Shown: positions 25,716 through 38,520 of the stretch, one piece after another | How positions within the stretch are numbered: position 1 is the stretch's first letter | Layout of the letters: the number at the start of each line of letters is the position of its first letter | Assembly: GCA_964016885.1 (NCBI GenBank) | Contig: OZ024747.1 | Span: 93,496,001 to 93,560,000 of the forward strand | Source of the DNA: Eledone cirrhosa | Lineage: Eukaryota | Direction of reading: 5' to 3' | DNA: 64,000 nt | Translations under genes and position numbers: made by a program | Notes under the pieces: model-generated | Told to the model about the DNA's origin: nothing | The model's database searches: none | What the model saw: only the letters and a program-made list of their open reading frames with translations

Positions 25716-27552
25716 TAAGTATTGAATTAGTAAATCATTATGTATATTAATACAGTGACTACATAGTATATTTGTACAAGGCAGCATCATGGTTAATAAG
25801 TGATTAGTAGTACAACATAATATGGTAACAGTACAATTATATATCTACCTAACATACTAGTAAAACTTAGTACAGTAGAATGGCAAGTAACTTGTTCAAT
25901 ATTTAAAAAAATAATAATGAAAATTATTGTGTACAGTGCTCAGGTGCACTACAACTCATCAAAGGTGCATGTATAGTACATAGAATAATGTACAAATGTC
26001 AGGAGAGTGAAAAGTGTATGAGTCATGATATACACACAGATACTATAAAAAAAAATACATTGATTCAATAGTATATTATGGTTAGACATAGTACAGTGGT
26101 TGATAAGTGGTTAATTAGTACACAACAATGGTTGACTGATGTATTAGTACAATACAGTACAGTGGATAAATTGATGTATTAATACAATATGGTGCAATAC
26201 TGGTGAAGTTATATAACTAATGAATTAGTACCAAACATTGCAGTAATGTTACTATCGAGTATAGTGGTTAAATTTAGTATTAATATTAAACAGTACAATA
26301 TTGTAGCATTTAGTTAACATATGTATTAGTACAACAGAAAGCAGCATTTCATTGGTATATTACCCAAACTCAGTATAGTGATTAACTAGTATATTAATAC
26401 AATAGCTGATATATAGGTTAACTGATATGTTAGTTATATTAACTCTTAATGTGCATGACACCGTATTAGTAAATCATTCTTAAAATGTAAAAAACATCAC
26501 TATGGCTGCATCACATTAAAAATGTTAGTCTACTTTGGTTTACTGCAAATTTTCACAACAATCTGTCCAGTAGTAAAGACTATATATAAACATTTGAATT
26601 AACAAACCCACTTTTAGATATTTTCTGATAAATCGTTACAGTTAAAAAAATAATATAAACTAATATTTAGTCAAAGTTAGTTGGCATAGGTTGGCGATTG
26701 GTCACCAGTAAAGTACAAGGTTTGGGGTTAAGAATAAGGTTAGGGAAGGGAAAAAGGACCTGCATTCATGCATGCAAAATACGTGCACTGTTAGGAGGTT
26801 AAAATTTCAGGGAGGGGAAAATAAACAAAGCAGAAAACAAGCAAAATAATAACATTAAAATAGCGTTTGAACCTTCATTTCCAGATAGTTCCACCTAGGA
26901 ATAAGAAAAAATATATATACATATATATATAAATATATGCATGGATGGAAATAAAATAAATCAATAAAAGCAAAAAACAAGGAAACATAACATTTCAAAT
27001 AAACAAACTAAATAAATAAATAAACAGTAAAACAAAAAATAAACAGAAGAAAAAGCACATGGAATATTTTTAATATGGAGTAGCATGGTGTAGTATTTTA
27101 TATATGGTCATGTGTAACTTTGTATTAGATGGTGTTGTGTTATGATGTTTTCGTGGTAAACTCTGATTGAACAAACATATAACATACAGGTACTCTCAGG
27201 TACCAAATAATAGGGGTGGGGGGTTGGAATAAGTGGGGGGTTGAAAATTGTTAATTGTATAGCGTATGTTAGTAAATATGGGATTTCTTGTAATGTTCTT
27301 TTTTGTCATATACAATATTTTTTTTATGTAAAATAACATTATTATTAGATTCTCCAGCTACTGTATCAATATGAATCACTTACAATAAAATTTTGCCAGA
27401 GATAGATTAGCAAATTTAATAAGCGGGGAGGGGGTGCATTATTCAAAACCTGCAAGTAGGTAGTCGCCAGAATGGCTAGGCATAACACACAGATCTATTT
27501 ATTCCAGATAAATCATGCTTAGAATCATACTGCACACTCCAACATGCAATGG

Positions 27553-27760
27553 TTAACTCTTAATATCTTGTACTGTATGGAACCATATTAGCAAGACATT
27601 CTTGAAAATACAAAACAGTACTATAACTACATCTCGTCAAAAATGAAAGCCTTTACTCTAATACTACAAATATTTTCAATAGTCTGTCCACTAGAAAAGG
27701 TAATATAAGCATTTGAATTAAGACAGACTATTAAATCATTTCAGGATATTTAGAGTTAAT
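27553..27760. mobile_element. TTAA-bounded MITE (TTAA-CTCTTAA family)
   Basis: TTAACTCTTAATATCTTG ... CAGGATATTTAGAGTTAA; related sequence at about 26439-26645 and 58560-58762. Confidence 0.6.
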
Positions 27761-28155
27761 CGTATGAAGTGAAGTGTTGTAGTCAAGACATGGGCCAAAG
27801 TAGCAGCCAAATCTCCCTAAAAGTTCATTTTGTGATGTTGTGGTGTATCTTGTGGTGTGGTGTTGTGTCAAGTAGTGTGGTGGAGTGGTGTTGTGTAGTG
27901 TTGTATCATGTGGTAGTGTGTCAAGTAGTGTGGTGTAGTGTTGTGTCATGTAGTGTTGTATCATGTGTAGTGTAGTGTTATGATATCTGGAGACAACTAT
28001 CTTACAAATGTACATGTTCTGAGCAGTAGTGTTAAGCACCAAACAAGTAGAGTCTATGTAACATGCTTGGTTCATGATTGAGCCATTCCAATTCCTCCAC
28101 TTTCTTCATACCTGTATTTTCAGTCATAGTCAGTAACTTAAAGAATTGATTTGCT

Positions 28156-28395
28156 TTAACCCTTTAGTTACCAATCCAGCCAAAGCCAGCTCTGATTCTA
28201 TGAAATAAAATTACCCATTTTAAAAGTTTCCAATTCAAATTAAAATCTTCCAACATAATTTTATATAAGAACTTTACATCAAGTTACTATCTTACTTATG
28301 AAATAATAAATAATTTTAGTAAATCCCTCGAAATTCTTCATTAATTAATTAAAATAGAGTGAATTTCATTAGAAATGCAGTGATGAAAGGGTTAA
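28156..28395. mobile_element. piggyBac-like MITE, second family
   Basis: TTAA-CCCTTTAGTTACC ... GATGAAAGGG-TTAA; related fragments near 16620-16763, 33660-33905 and 44133-44545. Confidence 0.6.
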
Positions 28396-28599
28396 CAACC
28401 TACATGAAGCAAAGTCTTGAGTGATGACTTAATGACTCAATGGATTATGGAAATCATCATTGATGAGATAAAATATAAGATATACAGCTATAAAAGGAAC
28501 AAACATTGGAGAAAATGTAAAATGATAACAATCTTTTATGACTGGAAATTAAAGAGATGTGAAAAAAGGAAAATAAAATAAAATAAAAATATATATAAT

Positions 28600-28935
28600 G
28601 GAGGCACATGGCTTAGTGGTTAAAGCATTGGCCTTGCAACCAAAAGGTTGTCAGTTCAATTCTCAGACCGGGTGATGTGTTGTTTCCTTGAGCAAGACAC
28701 TTTATTTCACATTGCTCCAATTTACTCAGCTGTAGATAGGACTGGGGTCCCTATCATTCCACTGCAAAGTGGTCGTGGAGGTGCCACGGCAAAAAAGCAC
28801 CCAGCACTCACTGTAAATGAGGTTGGTGTTAGGAAGGGCATCCAGCTGTAGAAATCAAGCCAGAATCAGTTCCCGTCCCACCCTTGCAAGCAGGGAAAAA
28901 GTGGATGTAAAATGATGATTGAAATGAATGATGAT
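28600..28935 (+). mobile_element. Full-length tRNA-head/Meta-domain SINE with RTE tail
   Basis: A-box TGGCTTAGTGG, B-box AGTTCAATTC, CCTTGAGCAAGACACTTTA, then AAAGCACCCAGCACTCACTGTAAATGAGGTTGGTGTTAGGAAGGGCATCCAGCTGTAGAAATCAAGCC and (ATG)n. Confidence 0.88.
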
Positions 28936-29360
28936 ATATATATATATATATTCAATGAGCTTCTGCTGTCTCTGCAAAATAAATTTCAGTCTCAAGGCTG
29001 TGATCAACTCAAGCATATGGTGGAGGACAAATGCCTGAAGGTGCCAAGCCATGAGATCAAACCTGAAACCATGTGCTTGTGAAACAAAATTCTTAACTAT
29101 GCAGCCATGCTTGTGTCAGAGCATCCCAGGGGGGAAGGAGGATGTTGATATATGCAAAAATAAAACAAAGAACAAAGAAAGAAAGCAGAAATGAAATAAT
29201 GTCTAAAAATAAGTGAGAGAAAAAAGTCATTATTTGTCTCCTGATAAAACAATAGAGAGAAAAGAGGTTAATTGTTTGACATAGGTGAAATATTTAATTG
29301 TAGCATTAGATTGATTGTTAGAAGTATAATATGACTAAATACTATCTATAGATAAATTTC

Positions 29361-29522
29361 TGCAATTCTGTCACAACACGTGAAGAGAGAGGAGTAGTTT
29401 GACTATCTCATGCTACTCCTCTCTCTTTACATCTTTCATGCAGGCATCAGGCATAAAGAGAGAGGAGTAGTATGAGGTGGTCAAACTACTCCTCTCTCTT
29501 TATGTGTTGTGACAGAATCGCA
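29361..29522. repeat. Nested palindrome / MITE-like foldback
   Basis: Outer arms ATTCTGTCACAACAC / GTGTTGTGACAGAAT; each arm also carries an AGAGAGGAGTAG / CTACTCCTCTCT hairpin. Confidence 0.8.
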
Positions 29523-30206
29523 TTGTAAATGTATGTGTGTGTTTGTGTGAATGTATGTATGTGTTTGTATGAATGTATGTCTGTGAGTGTGTATTTTTGT
29601 AAGTGTGTCTGTGTATGCACGTTTATATTTATATACTCATACATATAAATGTATGCATATGTACATACACACACATATACACATATGCGTCAGCATGTTG
29701 AAAGAAACTTTAGTATATTATACTGTCATAACAGAGAGGGAATGGACCTCTGCTGGTTTCAGTGATGAGAGTTGCAGTCATGAATTTAATGTGTAAGTGG
29801 CTGAGTATTCCACAGACACATTCCTGCATGGCATCTTGGACAAGTGTCATTTGCCATAACTTAGATTTGATCGCATGCCTTGTGAGTGAAATTGGGTAGA
29901 TGAGAACTGTGTGAAAGTCCATCGGATGGACTGTACCTGTAATACAAAGGATCAGCTTTGTTACATGTTTTGTCATGCTGAATCTTCCTGAGAATTCAGT
30001 TCAGAGTTCACTTGTTAAGAAGTTCATGTTGATTATGAAGTGAACGTCTTCACCATTTGGTCATGCTGTGGCCATACTGCCATAACACACAAACATGTAT
30101 ATAGATACACACACACACACACATATATATATATGTATGTATATAACCATATGTGGTTGTTGGCTGAGAGAAAGGAGTATGCAATATCAAAGTAGAGTTT
30201 TAATAA

Positions 30207-30347
30207 TTTTATTAAGGTTGAATAGTAAGTCTTGTTACTCTGGAGTTTCACCTTTTTATCACAGAGTCATCAGACAAGAACTGATGACCCTGTGATAAAC
30301 AGGTGAAACTCCAGAGTAACAAGTCTCCCTATTCAGCCTTAATAAAA
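30207..30347. ncRNA. Back-to-back inverted pair of PLE-type hammerhead motifs (minus 30231-30278, plus 30281-30323)
   Basis: Minus: CTTGT-CTGATGA-CTCTGTGATAAAAAGGT-GAAACTCCAGAGTA^ACAAG. Plus: CTGATGA-CCCTGTGATAAACAGGT-GAAACTCCAGAGTA^ACAAG. AATAAA lies downstream of both. The base of stem II is non-canonical and the plus copy lacks the 5' arm of stem I. Confidence 0.7.
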
Positions 30348-30566
30348 TGAATATACATATATATCATCATTATCATCGTCGTTTAATGTCTATCTTCCAC
30401 GCTAGCATGGGTTTAGACTGGAATTGTCCCACGTGGGGCAAGATTGGTTGTCTTGCTCGTATAGGACTGTCTGGTGGGTTTTCTACGGTTGTTTGCCCTT
30501 CCTAACACCAACCACGTTTACAGTGTGGATATATATATATATATACCTTGATTGGTGTTTTTAATT

Positions 30567-30607
30567 GTCAAAGCTCTTTCATCACACATTGAGACCTTCT
30601 CAATGAC
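30567..30607 (-). ncRNA. Minimal hammerhead motif, U3-A8 variant
   Basis: Minus strand: GTCA-TTGAGAA-G-GTC[TCAATGTGT]GAT-GAAA-GAGC-TT^TGAC, then ATTAAA; adjacent to (TA)n. Confidence 0.6.
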
Positions 30608-31079
30608 TATTTTTGCTTCTCTGTGTCTCCTCTTTATTTTGATCTTGTTCTATTTACTACAAACATACATACATACACACACATACATACATACACACAT
30701 ACATATGTGTGTGTGTGTGTATTCATGCGTATGTTTTTGTCAGCGAAATATACTACATGAAAAGTAAGCTATTGTTCTTTAACATGTTTTATGCCAAATC
30801 AACAACAACAATAATGAGAATAATGGATTTACTTGTACAGTAAAATGTCAGTTGAAAATACCAACAATAGTAGAAGTTGTCAGTGAAACAGGAGGAAAGA
30901 CTATTGAGAACAACAGCAGCAATAACAACAATGATGAATGGTAGAGATAGACTTTACATTCTAACCGGGCTTGCTTCAAATATCATTCCAAAGACACGTG
31001 TACCTGTAACACAATTTTCAGGTACATTTAGCATGTACAGAGTATGAGAAGGCTAGTCCTTCGACAGCTGAGCAAACTG

Positions 31080-31510
31080 GAGCAACATTCATTCATATGG
31101 AGGTCAGGCCAAATCAGACTGCCTAGCAATTTAACTAGTCGGTCAGTCCAGCGCCCAGCAATGCTGTTGGATGGCATGGACTTGCCTCTCCACATGCCAA
31201 GGTGCAGTCCCTATTAATTTTTGCTCCAGTTATAGGTTTGTATTTCCCAAGAGCAGTACCATTCAACTCAATAAGTTTCCTGCTCAACACCACTACAGTA
31301 AAGTCGTCAACATATGCTGACACGAATCTCCCACATCTTAGTGTGTGCGGGATACCTTTCAATGTCTCCAGTCTGTGAAATAGTAGCTCAAGAGTCAAAA
31401 TTTACAACAGAGATGAGAGGGGAAGACCTTGGCAGACCAAGTGCATGATATTGAATGTGTCCGAGATATGGCCATTCACTCTAACCACAGAACAGATGTC
31501 GCTGTAATGA
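31080..31510 (-). mobile_element. Tx1/L1-like LINE reverse-transcriptase fragment
   Basis: VRVNGH..., QGLPLSSLL, SAYVDDFTV (YADD-like) and GAKINR motifs, with stops and frameshifts. Confidence 0.8.
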
Positions 31511-31519
31511 TGATCTCTT

Positions 31520-32160
31520 TATTGGCCTGGTTTCTCACACAGGAACAAGGCCAAACATTTTTGGAAGGAGAAAGTCAATTGTATTAACCTCAGTACTTAA
31601 CTGGTATTTTATTTTATTGAGCACCAGAAGGATGAAAAACAAAGTTGACTTCTGTGGGATTTAACTCAGAACATAGAAGGCCATAACTGCTAAGCATTTT
31701 GTTCAACTCTCTACCGACTCTGACAATCCACCGCCCTAATAATAATAATGGTTTCTGATATAGACACAAGGCCAACAATTTTGGGGGGTGAGGAGAAAAT
31801 CGATTAAATCAACCCCAGTGTGTTACTGGTACTTTATCTTATCAACCCCATAGGGATGAAAGGCAAAGCTAACTTTGGCAAGATTTGAAATCAGGACGTA
31901 AAGGACCGTAATTATATGCCATAAAATGTCCAACGCTCTACTGGTACTGCCAATCCACCGCTAATAATAATAAGGGTTTCTAATTTAGGCACAAAGCCTA
32001 AGGGGAGGGGGGAAGTCAATTAAATCAACCCCTCGTAAAGATGAAAGTCAAAGCTAACCTCAGCAGGATTTGAATTCAGAACATAAAGCACTGCAACTAT
32101 ATGCCGCAAGGCATGTTGTCTGACCTCTACTGATACTGCCAATAATAATAATTATTATTA
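31520..32160 (-). mobile_element. Three tandem Nin-domain-type SINE copies
   Basis: Repeated CAAGGCCAA..TTTTGG...GGATGAAAGGCAAAGCTAAC...AATCCACCGC units. Confidence 0.8.
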
Positions 32161-32384
32161 TTTCTTTATTTTTTAAATAATAATAATATGACCATGATGA
32201 TGATGATGATGAGGATAAGGATGAAGATGATGATTATGATGATTATGTTGCTGGAACTTCAAAAGTTGATAATCACTAAAATAAATAAATATAATAAATG
32301 AAAACAAGCAGCCAGTTTGGTTTCAAATAACAACATCAGCAACAAAACAATAATCTCTCTATATTAATTATAGTTGCAGCAGTA

Positions 32385-32715
32385 GTAAGTGGTGGTGGTG
32401 GTGGTGGTTGTAGTGGTGGTGGTGGTTGTAATGGTGGTGGTGGTGGTAGTGGTGGTGGTTGTAGTGGTGGTAGTGGTGGTGGGAAGCTATGGTGTTGGTA
32501 GAGAAGGGGATAAGGTTAAGCTGATGGTGGTATTGAGGGGGGATATGGTCATGGTAGCTATGGTGATGTGCCCAGCGGTGGTGGTGGTAGTGATGATGGT
32601 GCTGTTGGCAGAGGTTGAGTATTGGTGGTGGTGACATCGGCAGTGGCTGTGGTGGTGGTTGTAGTGGTGGTGATGGTGATGTTTGGTAGCTGTCTTGGTG
32701 TTGGAGGAGATTGCC
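32385..32715. repeat. (GGT)n-rich low-complexity tract
   Basis: Direct inspection. Confidence 0.85.
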
Positions 32716-32916
32716 AGTCATTATTTGGTGATAGACTAATTATTTGTGAATAGCTTGTGGTTGTGAAATGTCAGCATCAAAGGAAGCAGTGAACAGATTG
32801 CTCTGTCAACAGTCATACAGACAAATACTTGTTGAGTGGGGAAAGGCAATCTAGACTGCTTGCTAGAATTATTTGTTAAAAGACCAGTCCATAAAGAGAG
32901 TGGTAGCTGTAGATCA

Positions 32917-33150
32917 GCACAGGCCTCTCTCACACCACCATGTTATAAATCTAACACATGCCTTGAAGACCATGTTGTAAATCTTACAAAGGCCTCTCTG
33001 ACACCACCATGTTGTAAATCTTACACAGGCCTTGAGGACCATGTTGTAAATCTTACACAGGCCTCTCTGATACCACCATGTAGTTGAGAACCATGTTGTA
33101 CATCTTACACAGGCTTCTCTGATACCACCGTATAGTTGAGGACCATGTTG
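32917..33150. repeat. Compound minisatellite (ACCATGTTGTAAATCTTACACAGGCCT core)
   Basis: Core repeated about 6 times with alternating linkers. Confidence 0.85.
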
Positions 33151-34441
33151 CATATTCTGATATGCAATGAATTAATTGTATATGGTACAATGTTTCAGTC
33201 TGGACATCTTCAGCTCTCTCCACTATTTAGTCTGCTTCTGTCTGTATGTTTGTATGTGCTGAAAAGAACCCATCCAACCCATGCATGCATGAAAAAACAT
33301 ATGATGGTGATGATGATGGCCACTAAGCTTTGTGCTTTCAAATTACTTTTTAAAATAACCAAAAATTTGGAGGAATCAAATAAAATAACTAAGTTTTTCA
33401 TTAGTAAGCTGAGATTTAGAACATTACTTAACAAAAATTACTAAAATAAAATTAAGATGGAAGGTTTTAATATAAGGATAAACATTTGAAAATGAGCAGT
33501 TTTGTATCATAAATGCAAGATGGCTTCAAACAGTTTCATATCAAAAATATTCTGCAGGCCAAAGAGCACCAAGTTATTGAGATTATAAGACTGGAACATT
33601 CTGGGAAAACTATACAAGAAAAACTAGAATTATCTCTAGGGTGAGATTTGTTTCTCACATTTTAAACCCTTTTTGAAATAAGGTGTATTTCACATAAAAT
33701 ACACTTTATTTCAATTTATTAGTGAAGAATTTTAAAGCATCATCTAAAATTATTAATCATTTCATTACTAAAATAGTAACTTAATGTAAGGTTCTTGTAT
33801 AAATTTATGTAGCAACATTATAATTTAAATAGGAACCCTTTAAAATGGGTGATTTTGTTTCATAGAACCAGAGCTGGCTTTAGGTGGGTTGGTATCAAAA
33901 AGGTTGACTGACATTATCAAATGTCAGTTTGTGATAACATATTTAATGCATAGAACATTAAAAGACTAACTAGAAATTCCTGCAATTGGTGAAAAAATCT
34001 ATTAAATTTTTATTTTTGTATTAATTGCTGTTTATATTTTATTATATGGGTGACAAATTGGCAGAATCATTAAAACACCGAATAGAATGCTTTACGGTAT
34101 TTGTTTGGGCTCTCTACTCTCTGAGTTCAAATTTCACTACAGTCAGCTTTGCCTTTCATCTTTTTAAGGTTGATAAAAAAAGAAGTACCAGTCTAGAGCT
34201 GGGGTCAATTCTTACTCTCTATCTCTTTCTCATTTTCTATCCTTCTCTGGAAGAAATCTGCTGTATTCAGACCTGGAGAAGGGAGAGGCTCTGTCAGGTT
34301 TAAAAATGCCCTAACAATGCCATATGTCAATATGGTGCCCCTACAATTCCTTCAGGAGTTATGGGTCCTTACATACATATATATTTTATTAAATCAGCAG
34401 AGTTGGCTCAGAGGATAATGTGATATGTATATTTGTGTGTT

Positions 34442-34489
<48 letters not shown>

Positions 34490-34961
34490 ACAGAGAGAAG
34501 GAGAAACAAAGATGAAATTGGATCAACTTTTTTTTTATAATGCTGCTAAATGCAATTTAGAAAGTAATAAAGACAATTATATCGATATGCCATTTTTACT
34601 CAATAAATCTGAATTCTTGGCATTTAACCAAAAAAAAGAAGGAAAATGTCATCATCATCATCACTACCCTCACAACTACTGCCACTTTTACCAAAGCCAC
34701 CACTGTCATCATCATCTCAGCTGCTACTATAATCACCACTACTACCATCATTGTCACCACCCACCACTATCATCATTGTTGCCACCACGACCATCATCAC
34801 CACCACGACCATCAACACCACCACTACTAAAATCTCCCTCACCATCCCCACCACCACCACAACAATCAACACTACCTCTGCCACCACCACCATCATGACT
34901 ACCACTAGTAAAATCTTCCTCACCATCAACACCATCACCACAACAATCAACACTACCACTT

Positions 34962-35310
34962 GTTCAGGGTCTACCCCTGAGTTTCCTACCTGTTGGTTTT
35001 GCCCGTAAAATCTGTCCAGCGATTCTCTCCTGAAACATTCTAACCACATGTCCATAGTGTCGGAGCTGTGATCTCTCAATTTGGAGAAGTAGCGGCTCTA
35101 CCTGGAGTGATTCTCTGATGTCTGAGCTACGCACTTTATTGAGTAACCTTACTCCAAAGACCCTTTGGAGGAATCCCATTTCAGCCGCTTGTATTTGGGA
35201 TTGTATTCTTTCGGTCATTACCCAAAATTCATGACCAAAGGTAAGGGTTGGCTCAGAAACCGAATTGAAGACAGTCAGTTTGGCTTTTATGCCTACCTCC
35301 CTTCTTCTGA
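34962..35310 (-). mobile_element. Expander-type RTE ORF fragment
   Basis: ORF 34964-35218: MTERIQSQIQAAEMGFLQRV...VEPLLLQIERSQLRHYGHVVRM...GRP. Confidence 0.88.
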
Positions 35311-36901
35311 TTACTGAATGCTGATTACTGAATGAACAGTAAAAGCATCCAAAGTTAAGACATGGGAGGACTTTGGGGTTAAGCTGGAATCCGACTTCAG
35401 ATCAGCAAATAAAGTGTTCTGGCAGACCATCTGCCGACTTCGTAATAAGAAGCCCTCCTCCACACCTGCTATCAAGAACTTTACCTTATATATTTAACTA
35501 TTATTTATAGTTAACAACTATTATTACAGATTTATGCATTGTGGCAAATATATTTTCAAATTTCAAGTTTCCTAATGCTTTGTAAGTCAATCAAATATTG
35601 TTTATTATATCTTCTTGATGTTATTGTTGTTGCAGCCGTTGTCCTTTTTAAATCCCACCAAACAACTTGAAGTTCTGTTTTGAGTTGGTTGACAGCTTCA
35701 CAGAAAGTTGGTGGCCAATGGAGAACATCAGAAGATTACAAATAATTTATTTAATGTTAGGACTTATAACTTATGTAGTGTTAGAAAAATAAAATGTTAA
35801 ATATAAAACAAAGAGGAGGGAGAGAGGGAGATGGGGTGGGCGGGGGGACAGGGTAGAAGAGGGGGTGGGCGGGGGGACAGGGTAGAAGAGGGGGTGGGAG
35901 AGAAGGGGAGAGAGGAAGTGAGAGACAAGTGAGAGATGGGTAGAGGAGAGAGGAGACAGGGAGAAAGCAAAAGAGGGGGAGGGGGAGAAGGGAGAGAGAA
36001 AGGATAAATGAAAAAAGAAAGAAAACAAGGGGGAAAAAGAATGAAAGAAACAAAGAAAAAGCCTTCTAAGTATGACCTTCTCTCCTTCTCAGAAAAAAAA
36101 ATGAAGGAAAGAGACTTGTCACTGAATGAAGGAATCAAAAGGAAAAAACATGAAAAGCTAAAAAGTAAAGTTTGTTTTGTGTGTGTATATGTGTGTATGT
36201 GTGTGAGTTTGTGTGTGTGTATTTATACACACACATACATATCATTTTCATAAAATTAGATACCATCATCATCGTCATCATTATTTTACATACACTTTCC
36301 AGGCTTGTATGAGTTAGATGAGTTGTCATGATCCAAATCAGTTCCTGTTTGGGGTTAATTCCCTCCTAGATATGTTAGGAATTACATCACTCTTGTATGT
36401 TGTAGATTTTTGGCACAGTTTCTATGGCTGGATGCCCTTCCTAATATCAACCACTTTACAATGTGTACAGATTAAAATGTTAGGGAACGGACAAAAATTT
36501 ATGTTTTGCTGGGATTGTCCATCATAATTTTTGCCTGTTCCCTAGCATCTTGGTTTGGATTACCTCTGAAACCTTTTTACTTAATGTTGCTGTCTGATGC
36601 GATCAGGTGAATGGTTAAGTAAAATCAAGTGGCCACAATCGTCATTGAAATATGTATCACAGCATTATTAATAAAGGACACTTTAACATCTACAACTTTG
36701 CATTTTCCTCATTCTAAATATACTCCATCATTTTTATTTTGAATAAGTAACATGATGTTGAGTGCTTGAATTGAATTGCATTGCATTTACCATAAGTATA
36801 TATATATATGTGTGTGTGTAAAAGGTAAACAGAAATAACACAATCGGTACAGTATGTGGAAGGAATATATTAGGTTAACGCTTGAAATAGCAGGAAGAGG
36901 G

Positions 36902-36937
36902 TCTTAACGTTTCGGACGCTAGTCCTTCATCAGAAGA
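36902..36937 (-). ncRNA. Minimal hammerhead ribozyme (same family as 12617), within PLE fragment 36820-36950
   Basis: Minus strand: TCTT-CTGATGA-A-GGAC[TAGC]GTCC-GAAACGTT^AAGA, intact. Confidence 0.8.
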
Positions 36938-37904
36938 AAGAATGAGAAATAAGATAAAGGGGACGGGCGGGTGAAATTGGAAAAAATGTCTTTAGATAAA
37001 AATAACAGGTCCATTCATGTTGACATCTCTTGGAAAACTGATATATATATATACATTCATATATATATACATAAATATGTCTCTACATACATATGTGCTG
37101 ATACAAATTTCTTACACACACACACGTATGTATGTATGTGTGTATGTGTATGTATGCATGTATAATGTATCTATGTATACACATACCTATATAATTGAAA
37201 AGGTCATGCTACCAGAATAATGTGTAGCTTAATCTATCTTACTCAACTATTAGACACCTTATAACAATGTAGTGTATATAACAATTCTGTAAGTATCAAT
37301 AGTTGAAAGTATACAATAATGAAATTATTGTATGCATTAATGTTCTAGACTTTCATTGGCATTGTAGACTTTGCATGTTCCAATTTTTTCCATTTGTTTC
37401 TTTCATTATTGGGAATATAAACGATTATGCTGAACATAAGTAATTAACTAACTGCTCCTCCTCTCAATAAAATAGATAGTTTCTGATGTTGCCAGTCAGA
37501 TGTCAATATTGGTTCTGTTCTCCAACTCTCCACAGTCAGAAGTAGGTGATTGGACAGATTTGAACAATAGCAAGACAAATCAACAAACATATTATAGACC
37601 ATTCTCTATCTAAACTACAATGTATGATTGTATAGAAATATCATGTATGTCTAATAATAGATTGATAAACACTGCAAAGAAAGACTTTCATGCGCAAATG
37701 TTATTAGATATTTATCTGTTTGGATAGTCTTAACAAAGACCAGGTATAACCTAAACAATAGTTATATGGCTCTTTTTTATTCTATCTGATGACAATACAC
37801 TGTCTACAAGTGTCATTCATCTAATTCTAACATTCTAATATCTTCTTAATAAATCCCGAATAAATATAATATTCATTTTATGAAATTTATAAAGAAATTT
37901 ATAA

Positions 37905-38183
37905 ATTGAAAGACATTGCAAGAGGTGGTGCATTATTGCACCAGCTTCAGCATTCGGTAATCAGAAGGTGGGTAGGTGTAAAAGTCAAACTCGCTATTTT
38001 CAATTCAGTGTTTATGTCAACCCTTATATATAGTCATAAATCTTGGGTAATGACCGAAAGAATACGATCACGAATACAAACGACCAAAATGGGGTTCCTC
38101 CGAAGGGTTTTTGTAGTAATGTTACTCAATGAGTGCATAGCTTGGAGATCAGAGAGTCACTCCAAGTAGAGCTGCTACTTCTC
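37905..38183 (+). mobile_element. Expander-type RTE ORF fragment
   Basis: KLAIFNSVFMSTLIYSHKSWVMTERIRSRIQ..KMGFLRRV. Confidence 0.85.
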
Positions 38184-38284
38184 AGAATTCTGAGTTTGAA
38201 ACTCGCTCGCTGTTTCAAAACATACTTGCTTGTCATTATACTTGCTAAGAATGTAGCTTCTAATTTGAATGGAAGGAGATGGGT

Positions 38285-38355
38285 GATGTGTTGGTGTAAT
38301 GGTAGCACAGTGGTCTGGATAACCAAAGATGTGGGTTCGACTCCCATGTACGTCA
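38285..38355 (+). tRNA. tRNA-like cloverleaf (71 nt; pseudo-tRNA or SINE head; GGA at the anticodon position)
   Basis: Acceptor GATGTGT/GTACGTC (with G-U pairs), D-arm GTGT-AATGGTA-GCAC, anticodon arm TGGT-CTGGATA-ACCA, T-arm GTGGG-TTCGACT-CCCAT; TTTT at 38360. Confidence 0.55.
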
Positions 38356-38520
38356 ATACTTTTCCATTTCTTAGAGGGTTCTAAACCCCACTATCAGACT
38401 AAAATTTCTTTAGTCAAAAAATATGGCGAAAGCTTATATTTCTAATTTCAAACTCGCTCACTGTTTCAAAACATACTTACTTGTCATATATATACACATA
38501 TATATATATGTATATATTTA

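Noticed and set aside
34425-34960. His/Pro/Thr-rich ORFs resembling extensin or mucin
   Set aside because: Degenerate (CAC/CAT)n trinucleotide tract, open in several frames on both strands.
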